Shown: positions 1-12,100 of the stretch, one piece after another
How positions within the stretch are numbered: the first letter of the stretch is position 1
Layout of the letters: each line of letters begins with the position of its first letter
Assembly (NCBI GenBank): GCA_964035575.1
Contig: OZ037833.1
Location: forward strand, 124,001-188,000
Source: Rhynchopus sp. YZ270_cl-10
Taxonomy: Eukaryota
Direction of reading: 5' to 3'
Length of the DNA stretch: 64,000 nucleotides
Notes under the pieces: model-generated
What the model was told of the DNA's origin: nothing
What the model saw: the letters and a program-made list of their open reading frames with translations, nothing else
The model's database searches: none
Position numbers and translations under genes: made by a program

Positions 1-3000
1 CGACAGGCAGAGACGCTTTCTGTTGTACGGTGTTGCCGCGTGCAGGCGGACCAGGGAGAAGTTTGCCTGGTGGCTGCCGTCGTAGTTGGACACCTCCATT
101 GGGATGGCAGTGTCCGTCAGATTCGCGACGTACACCGAACACTCATCCTGAAGCGACGCACGGTGCCAGTCGTGGAAGCCGAGACCACTCAGGTCCACCA
201 TCTGCACGTCTCCCGTGTACACGCGGATCTCCTCTCCAGGGTGCACACGGACGCTGGGGTGTGCGTCGCCTCCGAACACCTCAGCATGGTGCACCTCGAC
301 ACGCACGTCCACGAAGAGCCCTGTGTTGAGGAAGACGTCGCTTGGGGGCGGCCACACCGCAAAGCAGACGTAGCGGATGGAGTGTGTGTACGACTGCTCT
401 GTGGTGACGAGGAAGCGGGCAGGGGAGCGGATGTTGGTCAGATTCATGGGTGTCTCGAGGCCGGACACATCTGTGTCACATGCCTCGTGTTCGTCGAACT
501 TGATCTGCATGCCGTCGATGAGTCCGACACCGTACGCACTGTGCCACGCAGACGTGCCGTAGATGATGGGCGCCACTTCAAGCGAGTCGACCGACATGAG
601 CTGCACGACGCTTGCGTACAGGCCAGTCCAGATGCGGAAGTCCCACCCGTCGTGGTACTCCGACACACACAGCATCCTTGAGTTGTACGGTGCAGCCAGA
701 TGCGCTGCCGTCAGCACTACACTCGCCGCAGTGAAGCCACGCCCCGACGCCGTCACCGGGTACGGATCACTCCCAAACCCACCCGACGCATCGTGCAGGG
801 TCTCTCTGTAACGCCCGGTCCCCGGCCACGCAAAGGGCTGCTCAATGCCTTCACTGTGCTGCAGGGCTGTGAGGGGGACCGGTGTGCCTGCAGCAGACAA
901 CGTGTAGACATCATTGTCTGTGGTGCAGTTATCCAACAGCGCTACACGGTGGTGCGCATAGAGCCCTTGCCCCACGATGTTGACTGTCGTCGTGTTGCCG
1001 TGGTACAGATACACCGTGGACAGACGCCTCTGGTGGAAGAGGTGCTGTGTGTCTGAGTATGCGCCATCAGGGGTGCGCGCGTAAGAGTATTCCAGCTGAT
1101 GTGCCACTGCAGGGCGTGTGTGTGCATACGATGTGGCGGTCACGATGTCGAGGAAGATGTCGACCGTCACATTCGTTGCGAAGAAGACAGTGCTCGGTGC
1201 CTGGTAGACAGCAATGCATAGGGAGAGGACCTCGGGCCAGGCGTGCCGGTTGGTCACTTCTTCGTCAAAGGTGAAGTTGCCGGTGGTGTTCCAGACCCCC
1301 GATACTGTCATCGGCGTGGAGCGTCCCGTTGTGTTGTCGCTGTCGCAGCCTCCATGGGGCTCAAGCTTGAGACGCATCCCATCACCTATGTTGTCGCCCT
1401 TCACCGAATGTGTGGTCCTGCTTCCGTAGATCAGAGGCAGGCGGGTGCTCCAGAGCCCGCTGTACCCGGCCACCTCAGAGTGTGCTTCGATCACGTCTAA
1501 GGAGACCACTGCAAATCGGATGTCGACGTCAATGCCAAAGTCCGTGCCCACGCTGTACTCAGAGAGGCAGAAGCGGACGCGGTTGGTGGGCGTGCCGAAG
1601 GCAGCGTTGACGTGGAAGGACTCGAGAAGGATCTCCGCAGACTGCCAGTCCTCCCCGGTTTTGTCTGTGTTGTCCCATCCGGTGATGTTGTCGAAGGACA
1701 CTGATGCGGTGGGTGTGTAGTCCACAACCCCCGCAACGATGCTGCACGCCGGCAGCACGGCGACACGCTGCCACGCAAAGAGGCCCTTCCCCATGAACGT
1801 GATACGCGGTGCGTACCCGACGTAGGTCAACACCGCGCCGTCGGGGTTGTGAGCGTTGTGCACATCCACTGCGCCTGCCTCTGTCCACACACCATAGGAT
1901 GCAGCACGCTCCACCATGATCTTGATGCTGATCGTCACACCCGTATCAAAGAAGAGTGCGTGCGGTGCAGGGTACACTGCGAGGCAGACTTTCAGTGGTG
2001 TATGGGTATGGCGGTATGTCTGTGATGTGGTTAACACCACATAGGCACCAGCACCATTTGGGGTCAGCACGCCACGGGTGTGACGCATGGTTCCTGAGTC
2101 ACCTTCATTCTGTTCGTAGCCTCCGTAGTGCGCGTACTGTGGGTGCTCCGTGGTGTTGATGCCACCGACGTACCAAGGCAGCACCGCGCCGCTCCACGAA
2201 GTGTTCATGGGCTCCTCTCTGCTGTTCTGGTGCCACGAGAGGTCGTCGCAGTGCGCGTCAAAGTAGACCTGCATGGTGTCGTCCAGCCCGGTTCCCTCTA
2301 TACGCAGCAACGGCGTGCTGCCGTAAGGGATTTCCAGCGATGTGTTCCCATTCAGTGAATGCAGGGACACGACGTCGATGTCAAAGTCGGGGTCAATCGA
2401 GAAGTCATTGCCGTGGTCGTACTGCGAGAGGCAGAGGCGGAGGCCTGATACTGCGGAGCCCACCTGGCTCGAGGTGGTCCAGATGTGCGCTGTGGTGCGT
2501 TCCGTGGAAACAGGGGAGAGGAACATTGGTGTTGACACGGGGGGTGCGTCGCCACGTGTTGTGTTGTCGTCGGTGGTGCAGTTTGGGAGAAACGCGGCTC
2601 TATGATAAGTATCAAAGCCTGCCCCATGCAGGACCAAAAGCGTCGCATTCCCTTCGAATATCTTCACAGTACCTCCCGCAGCGACACCCACACCGTACGT
2701 CTCTACCTTAGAAACTGTGATCAAAATCGCGGCGCGTAAACCAGTGTCCTCGAACCCGTCGTTCCCTGAAGGCCACACAGCAAGACACACCTTCAGATCC
2801 CGTTCGTGTCGGTTTGAAACGGTTCTTGTCATTTGAAAGTGGCCGCCATCATTTCCTTCTGGGTCAGCGGAGAAGATGGGTATTGGGGTGTACTGCTCTG
2901 TGGTGTTCAGATCGCAGTTTGAGGAGAATTTGAGTTGCATTCCGTCGAGAACGGAAAACCCTTCTGCGAAGTGGAGACCAGTATCGCCGTATGGGAAGAA

Positions 3001-6000
3001 CACTGCGGTCACGTTGTCGACGTACAGCAGCTGCACTATCGTCACATCCATACGCGTGTCGATCGAGAAGTCGCTTCCTTCTGCGTACTCTGATAGACAC
3101 ATCCGAAGTCGTGCGGCAGGTGCCTCAAGGTGGTGTGTCGCTGTGATGTTCACCTCTGCCCTCCCTGAAGACCCTTCTGCCACGTACCCATGCACAGTCC
3201 CTTCAAACTGTGGATCATCCTCAGGACGCCACCCCTTCCTCTCATCGCGCAACGCGTATTCAGTCAACGGACCAGGATTTATCCACATCGGCGTCAAAAT
3301 ACCGGTCAACTCCCCAGGCTCATCCGAACACCACAGATCCGAAGGGTTTTTGTTTTGATACCTTAACAGCAGACGCTGCCACGAATAAAACCCTGCACCA
3401 TACAGAACCACCGAATGGCTTTTTCTGTGATAAAGGAACACCCTATTGTTGTGACGATCGGTACGGTGGCCGTAGGAGGAGACCTGGTCTATGGTGATCG
3501 CAATGTCTGCAACCAAACCGGTGTCAGAAAAATCTGTCGACGGATGCGGCTCGACTGCAAGACATATCTTCATTGGTGACTTTGCTCCTGAGGTAAGAGT
3601 TGTGTCTGCTACGCGAGAATGTTGAAATGTCTGCACCTGAGTCAACGTCACCACCGCAGACGACGGCATCGGAGGAGCAAACCCAACTGCATCCGTCACA
3701 TTCATCGGGGTTTGCCGCCCTGTTGTTGTGGCATTACAATCGGTAGAAAATTTTATTTGCATGCCATCACGCAACGCAGTTCCAAACAGAGAATGATTCG
3801 ATGTAGCACCATACGGTACTATAAGATGTGTATAATTTCCATCCAACGACACAAGCTCGACAACGACAACAAAAATGTCGTTTCCGTCAATTCGCTCTGC
3901 AGTTCTAAAGTCGTATTCGTGCGCATGAATGCGGAAGTCGAGCTCACCAAATCTCTGAGAATTCTGCTCACCTAAGGACACACAGATCCGTCTTTTCCAA
4001 AAAGCCTGATTTGTTGCGTCATACGCCACCACCACCTCGGCAGTGGTGCTCATACTGACAGACCCATCCGCGAGGGTAACGTTCTGTGGTACGATATCCA
4101 TGGGCACACCACTGGAGGTGAGGTTGCCGTTTGCGTACCACTGCACGGTCTGGCAGTCCTCAAGAAACGCTATCTGCTGTCCATGGTAGAACCCCCACCC
4201 AGAAATGCTAAGGGTCGGAGTAGCAGATTTATAGATAAGAACGTCTTGTTGGCGGTTTTTGGGAGTATTGTGGTGGCCAACGGAAGAGAGGATGACACCA
4301 ACAGAGAAACGGTGTCCTGAAGAGAAGAACACTGTGTGCGGTGCAGGCCAAAGCGCAACGCAGACGTCAAGCTCGACCGCATGCTGTCGGGTCTGCTGTT
4401 CCGTGAGCACCGCGTGCAGGCCCACACCAGAGGCACCTTCGAGCTGCAGTGGGATGGCAAGATTGCTCACATTCTGTGAGAGACAGTTCTCTGCAAATTT
4501 AACCTGCATGCCCTGCCGCAAACCGACACCAAGAAAGCTGTGGTTCGACGACGCCAAATACGGCACCGAAAGGAACGACCGGAAGACCTCTCCCCAATAC
4601 GCTTCAGGACGGTTTCCGTCAATGCTAACGAGCTCGACGACGGTGAAGAAGATGCGGTCCAAAAAGGAGGGGAAATTCCAATAGTTGCCGTGCGGTGTAA
4701 GCTGCGAACCCTCCGCACCAAACTGCGAGAGACACAACGCAGCACGCTCATAAGACTCATTGGTGTGGATCAGTGTGATGTTCAGGGTTGCGAAGGGAAA
4801 GCCTCTGGTTGCGTCGTACACAGCGAAGTCTGCGAGACGCGTCAAAAAGATGGGGGTCGCGGTGCCGTACAACTCATCGTACGTTGGTGTTGGCGCAAGC
4901 TCGTCCCCGCACACACCGTCACGCTGGATGCTCACCCGGTGGTGGCTTTCAAACCCTGACCCATTCACAGCCAACTCCGTTTCCTGCCCTTTGTACACAA
5001 AGACCTCTTCATTGTGCGCAGCAGACACACCATATGACGACACCGTTCTGAAGTGCACAGCAACGTCCGCTGTCAGGCCTGTGTCAAGAAAGACAATGGA
5101 AGGGATAGGGTGTACCGCGAGGCAGAGCTTGAGCCCAAAGGTGTGCTGCCAGGTGATGCCTCGTGTGAAGGTGATGGCTGCCTGCGCATAGGTCATATCG
5201 CTGCGCTGGTCGGTGATGTTCATTGCGTCGAAGGTTCCAGTAAGGTTCGAAGATGAGCAGTCAGTATCGAGCTTGATGCGCATCCCATCCAACAGCCCTG
5301 TTCCGTTCAAAGGCAGAACCGGGGATGACCCAAACGCAAGGTACGCATGTCTCAGCCACTCTGTGCCTAGCCCGTCCTCCAAGGTGTACACAGTGCGATG
5401 GCCACGTACTGTGGCGAGCTCAATGACGCTGACAGTCATGCCGCTGTACCACACCGAGAAGTCGTGCCCATCTGCGTACTCTGAGACACAAAGGTAGCGT
5501 GTGTAGAACGCATGCTTCACGTGGTCCTGTGTCACATTCAACGTCGCGCGTGTCGTGTAGAAGTTCGTTGAGTAGTCCGCTGCAGCAGTCTTCGGTGCAA
5601 AGCCGTCGCTTGGATCGCGGAAGGGACGTCCCACCTTGCTGTCGTAGTACTGCATCGTCACCGGCACGACGTTGATGGGGGCCCTCTCGAAGGAGAGGTC
5701 TGGGGCGTACGATGCGCACTGCACGTCTTGGAAGGAGACACGCTGCCACGGGTAGAGGCCTTCCCCAGTGACGTCGAGCGTCGTGACGTAGCCCTTCATG
5801 AGACGCACCACGCTGTTCTCCTTCGTGTACTCCGGAAAGGGCTTCGCCTTGACTGAGGAGAGGAGGCGCTGACCGTTCGCAGAGCGGGTGGGCGTGTTGT
5901 GCGAGTCGTAGCTGACGACCTCGTCCATGCGGATGACAAAGGAGATAGTGAGGTTCGTGTCTGCAAACCATGTGTTCGGTGCGGGATGCACAGAGAGACA

Positions 6001-9000
6001 CACCCTCAACGCAAGGCTGTGCCGGTACGACTGTGTCGGCAGCAGCCCTGCAACCGCAACCCCCGCAGGGTACGTCAGATTCATTGGTGTGCTCAGCCCT
6101 GTCACACTCGAGTTGCAGTAGGCCCCGTCTACACTGTTCTCCGAGGAAAACTTCAACTGCATGCCCATCGTCTCGCCTAGGTGCAGCAACACACCCGAAA
6201 GCTCGATCGCGATATCACTGCCGTACGGAAGCTCGAGATCCGTTGTGTTCGCGAGGGTGCGGAGCTCCACCACACCGAACCCGATGTACGGTGAGCTCAA
6301 CACTGCACGCCGTCCTGTTATATCATGGTGCGGGGGGCCTGGGATGGTCAAATCATCCTCCCACCCTGAGGCGCCAAAGCCTACAAAGAACTCTGCAGCG
6401 TCGATGCCGAAGCGGCCGTACGATGTGTCGTGGCCAGTAAAGCAGATGAACAGATCGTCCGGTGTCGCTGCCGCAGTGTGGTAGGAGCTGAGCTGCACCG
6501 AGGCACGCTCTGTCGCAACATACGGACTGTCCGCGTCGTAGCGCCCAATACGCGCACTGCTGTACGACGCACCACCCACATCCGCAGTGTTGCTGTAAGA
6601 GTAGTTCCTTGGCAGCACATTGATTGGCACCGCATTCCCATACAGCGCAGCACCCATCGACGTACACACCGGGAGAAACGATACAGACATCCATGGTCGG
6701 AACCCTAACCCTTTCAGCTCAAGCCTCGGTTCCGTCCCTTTGTACATCAGAACACGGCCGCCTCTGCTGGTAGTGTCTTCTTCACATGTTACGCTAGATG
6801 CGGCAACACCTGACGTGAAGTAGAGCCCTGTGTCAAAGAAGTAGGGGTTTGGGTAGGCATAGACGGAGATGCAGACGCGCAGCTCGATGGCCTGGCGGGA
6901 GGTCTGATCCTCGCGTACGGTGACCCAGTGGGAGGGGTTGAGGTTGTTGTCGTAGGGGTCCGTGCTGCCGTGGTCGGCCCTCCCGACGATGGCTGAGGAG
7001 GACTCTGCGCCGCTGAGGGAGATGTTGTAAGTAGGGTGGCGGACGTGGCCTCTGCCGAATTCGTTTGTGGAGGTGCGTCCCCAGAGCGGGACGTCAGGGT
7101 AGTTCTGTGTGTCGCCGGAGCTTTCGCAGGCTTCGGTAAAGCGGATCTGCATGTCGCCCCGCAGGCCCACCCCGGTGAGAGTGTGGTTCGTCGTCGTGCC
7201 CCACCCCACAACAATGTACTTCCGCCCGTCGTCCACCACCGCCAGCTCCACGACCGTCACAAAGAACTCCTCCTGTGCAGCAGAGAAGTCGGCCCCAGAG
7301 CGGTACTGCGAGACACACAGCGCGGCCTTCTCAGAGGCCTGCACGGTGTGCACGTAGCGCAGATATAGGTCGCCACCTGAGCTGGAAACGTTGCCGTCCA
7401 CAGCAGGTAGGTCATAGGGATTGTCCCGCACCATGCGTGTCAGCGGTGTGGGGTAGAGTGTCATGGGTTCGTGGACACCGGTCAGGTTTACATCTGTACT
7501 GCAGCCATGCTCCTGCAAGGAGAAACGGAAGAAGTCGAACAATCCAGTGCCATTTACGGAAAGAATTGGCGTCTGTCCTCTGTACACAAAGATCGTCCCC
7601 CCCGGTGCGACGGCCTCTTCATAGACTGTGATGGTGGTGATGTGGATCGCAAAGCTGACCCGTACTGTGGTGTCCACGAAGGACGCGCTTGGGCTGTCCC
7701 ACACATTGAAGCAGAGCTTGAGGCCGGCCTCCTGCCGCATGCTTTGTACATGAGAGAAGCGAAGCAGACCTGAGGTGTCGCCATGTGTTGTGCGCAGGGC
7801 GCCGTCCTCCCATGCACTGACCTCACGCATGTAGGGGTTCGCACTCCCAGAGATGTTGAACGGTGTGCGGAAACCTTCAAAAGGAAAGCCGCAGGTCGCA
7901 TTGCTAGGGACCAGTTGTGCCTGCATGCCTGACGCAAGACCTTCGCCAGCAAGAAGGTGGAAGAGGGTGTCGCCGTAAGGCACCTCGAGGTCGGTCGTGC
8001 CGTCAACAGAGGAGACGTTCACAGAGACAATGTCGACACTCCAGTCGACGTCGAAGCCTTGTCCGGAGCTTTCCAAAGAGAGGCAGAGGTGCTGCGGTGA
8101 GGCCCACAGAGAGGTGAACACTGTCTGTGCGGCTGAGAGCGCGACGTACGCTGTGGACAGTGCAGAGGAGGCGGACGCGGCTGGTGCGGCCGTCTCCAGG
8201 GAGGACGCTACACCGCTGCCGAGGACATCTGTCGCACCGCGAACACAAGCACGGAAGACACCGGCACGTTGCCACGAGCGTAGGCCGTATCCGGTGAGTG
8301 TCAGGTTTGCGGGGTACCCTTTGTAGACGCGTAGTGTCGCGTTGAGCGGTGTGCGCGGGAAGGCGTCTGTGCGTGCGTCGTCGTAGGTAGCTGAGAGCAG
8401 TGTCGGGCCGTCGTCAGCACGCACCGTCTCGAGGATGAGAAGGATGTCGACACGCAGCGGTGTCGCGATGTACGTCGCATAGGGGTCAGGGTGCACAGCA
8501 AGGCAGACACGCAGGTCGCGTGTGTGGCGCTGTGTGTGCGTCGAAGGCAGGTAGATGCGCCCGCTCGTCCCACCCCCTGCACCTAGGGTCGTATGTCCGG
8601 TGGTCGCGTTGTACACGTCAGTGATGTTGAGCGCATCGGCACCCTGGTCAGGCCCCGTCGCACTGCAGTCGTGCAGCAGCTTGACCCGCATCTCCTCAGT
8701 GAAGCCATGCCCAGTCAGCTCGTAGTACCCAGACACATCGTAGTTGAGCTCCAAACGTCTGCGCCCACCTATGGTGTTGATGCTGATGATCTGGAGGTAC
8801 ATATCAGCAGGCCACTTGAAGTTCGACCCAGCATCCTGCCGTGAGAGGCAGAGCACAGTGCGCACAGGCATGGAGTCGTCTGCTAGGGAGCCAGGGATGA
8901 GCACAGTGGCGGTGCTCTTCACAGGTTCGGGCTCGGTCGTCACGTTCAGCAGCGGGAGGGGTGTGTGCCAGCCACCCGTTGGAGCCTCCGCACTGCAGCC

Positions 9001-9170
9001 ACGCCCCTCGTACAGAGGAAGCTCGCGCTGAAGGGATACCCTGTAGCCTGCCTGCAGGTTCAGACCTGTCAGCGCAACGTACGTGTCAATGCCCTGATAG
9101 ACAAGCGCTGTCGACGCACCACCCAAAGTAACATTGTGCAGCGCCGCATACTCAATCTCAGGCACAAGAG
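1..9170 (-). repeat. At least 11 degenerate protein-level modules (~220-320 aa) in the giant ORF
   Basis: Motif (L/M/F)C(L/V)S(Q/E)Y..G.DF recurs near 8850, 8088, 7316, 5488, 4735, 3098, 2432, 1568, 666 and 8, with weaker copies near 6445 and 3982. It alternates with L(K/R)(V/L)CLAVxP...F.DTG(L/V) near 8505, 7710, 6870, 6000, 5125, 4360, 3563, 2785, 1985, 1217 and 365. Confidence 0.85.
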
Positions 9171-12100
9171 TCTCAGTGAACGTGAACGTGAACGTCGCAG
9201 TCGCTGTCGGCAGCGTCATCGTCACCGTAGCAGACTGTGTCGCTGTTGGCAGCGTCAACGTGAAGGAGTGTGTCTCCGTTGCTGTCGGCAGCGTCATCGT
9301 CACTGTCGCAGACTGTGTCGCAGTCGGCAACGTGAGTGTCTGCGTCTCTGTCGCAGAAGGCAGCGTCATCGTAAAAGTGTGCGTCAGTGTAAGAGTAAAC
9401 GTCGCCGTCGCTGTCGGCAGTGTAAGCGACACTGTCTCGGTTGCGGTCGGGAGTGTCAGCGTCTGCGTCTCGGTAGCGGAGGGCAGCGTCAATGTCTCTG
9501 TCGCAGTCCCAGTGGGCAGCGTCAGTGTCTCCGTTGCTGTCGCTGTCGGCAGCGTGAACGTAAACGACTCAGTTGCTGTCGGCAGTGTCAGGGTCTGTGT
9601 CTCAGTACCTGTGGGGAGAGTCAATGTCTCTGTCGCTGTACCAGTTGGCAGTGTGAGTGTCTCTGTCGCAGTGCCTGTCGGAAGCGTCAGTGTCTCAGTT
9701 GCTGTCGCTGTTGGGAGCGTCAAGGTTGTGGTCTCAGTCGCAGTCGGCAAGGTGAGTGTTTCCGTTGCAGTGCCTGTAGGCAACGTCAGAGTTTCTGTTG
9801 CTGTTCCTGTCGGCAAAGTGAGTGTCTCAGTCGCAGTACCGGTGGGAAGCGTCAGGGTTTCTGTCGCAGTTGCAGTTGGAAGCGTCAACGTTTCCGTAGC
9901 AGTCCCTGTCGGCAACGTCAATGTCTCCGTTGCTGTTGCGGTAGGCAACGTGAGCGTCTGTGTTTCGGTGCCAGTTGGGAGAGTCAGGGTTTCCGTCGCC
10001 GTGGCTGTAGGCAGCGTCAGCGTCATTGTTTCTGTAGCCGTTGGAAGCGTAAGGGTCTGTGTCTCAGTTCCCGTTGGAAGCGTCATCGTTTCTGTTGCCG
10101 TCCCGGTTGGCAGTGTCAGGGTCGCTGTTTCTGTTGATGTTGGGAGAGTCAGCGTCGCAGTCTCCGTGGCAGTTGGAAGCGTCAATGTCTCTGTTGCTGT
10201 CGCTGTGGGAAGCGTCAGAGTCTCAGTCGCAGTTCCAGTGGGCAGCGTGAAGGTTTCCGTCGCCGTCGCAGTAGGAAGAGTCAACGTCTCAGTGGCAGTT
10301 CCCGTTGGCAGCGTCAACGTCTCAGTTGCTGTTGCCGTGGGCAACGTGAGCGTCTGTGTTTCGGTGCCAGTTGGGAGAGTCAGGGTTTCAGTTGCAGTAC
10401 CAGTCGGCAGCGTCATTGTTTCCGTTGCTGTGCCCGTCGGTAACGTCAGAGTCTCTGTCGCTGTAGCTGTTGGAAGAGTCAATGTCTCAGTTGCTGTCGC
10501 AGTTGGCAGTGTGAGCGTCTCCGTAGCTGTGCCAGTCGGAAGAGTCATAGTCTCTGTTGCAGTCCCTGTCGGCAGCGTCATTGTCTCTGTAGCAGTACTA
10601 GTAGGCAAAGTGAGCGTCTCTGTCGCTGTCGCTGTTGGCAGAGTCAACGTTTCTGTCGCAGTACCTGTAGGCAATGTCAACGTCTCTGTTGCTGTGCCCG
10701 TCGGAAGAGTGAAGGTCTCTGTCGCCGTGCCTGTTGGAAGAGTCATTGTCACCGTTGCTGTTCCTGTCGGCAACGTAAGCGTCTCTGTTGCTGTAGCAGT
10801 AGGAAGTGTCAACGTCTGAGTTTCTGTGCCGGTTGGCAATGTGAACGTCTCTGTGGCTGTGCCAGTGGGGAGAGTAAATGTCATTGTCGCAGTACCAGTG
10901 GGAAGAGTAAGTGTCTCTGTCGCAGTCGCTGTCGGAAGCGTCAGTGTCGCGGTTTCCGTCGCTGTGGGCAATGTGAGTGTCTCAGTTGCTGTTCCTGTGG
11001 GTAGAGTGAACGTCTCCGTAGCAGTACCAGTCGGCAGCGTCATTGTCTCTGTTGCTGTTCCCGTTGGCAGCGTCAATGTCTCCGTTGCTGTAGCAGTCGG
11101 AAGTGTAAGAGTCTCAGTTGCTGTGCCAGTTGGAAGCGTCAACGTTTCCGTTGCAGTGCCTGTTGGGAGAGTCATTGTTTCAGTCGCAGTACCAGTGGGC
11201 AACGTCAGAGTCTCCGTAGCAGTAGCTGTCGGAAGCGTCAGTGTCTGAGTTTCTGTGCCTGTTGGCAGTGTAAGAGTTTCAGTCGCAGTTCCAGTCGGCA
11301 GCGTGAATGTCTCTGTCGCTGTGCCAGTGGGAAGCGTCATTGTGATCGTAGAAGTTCCTGTGGGGAGAGTAAGCGTCTCAGTTGCTGTTCCGGTTGGAAG
11401 TGTCAAGGTGGCAGTTTCCGTCCCAGTTGGCAACGTGAGTGTCTCAGTCGCAGTGCCTGTCGGCAGAGTCATTGTCTCAGTCGCAGTACCAGTGGGCAAC
11501 GTCAGAGTCTCCGTAGCAGTAGCTGTGGGAAGAGTCAGTGTCTCTGTAGCTGTGCCAGTTGGCAGTGTGAGAGTCTCAGTTGCTGTGCCTGTGGGAAGAG
11601 TCAGTGTTTCCGTAGCTGTACCAGTCGGAAGTGTCATTGTCTCTGTCGCTGTGCCTGTTGGCAGCGTCAAGGTCTCTGTCGCTGTCGCTGTTGGCAGAGT
11701 CAACGTTTCAGTCGCAGTACCTGTAGGCAATGTCAATGTCTCTGTCGCTGTGCCCGTTGGCAGTGTGAGAGTCTCAGTCGCTGTGCCGGTTGGAAGGGTA
11801 AACGTCTCTGTCGCAGTCGCAGTGGGAAGAGTCAAAGTTGATGTTTCCGTGCTTGTGGGCAGTGTCAGAGTCTCAGTAGCTGTCGCAGTGGGCAGCGTCA
11901 AGGTTTCTGTCGCTGTTCCAGTTGGCAGAGTCATTGTCTCTGTTGCTGTCCCAGTCGGCAACGTCAACGTTTCGGTCGCAGTTGCTGTTGGCAGAGTAAG
12001 TGTCTCTGTCGCTGTCCCTGTGGGTAGCGTAAGCGTCTCTGTTGCAGTGCCGGTTGGAAGTGTCAATGTTTCAGTTGCAGTACCGGTAGGCAGAGTGAAT

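Noticed and set aside
30..9031. Dozens of short ORFs on both strands in the ORF track
   Set aside because: All overlap the single continuous minus-strand frame and show no independent protein signal.
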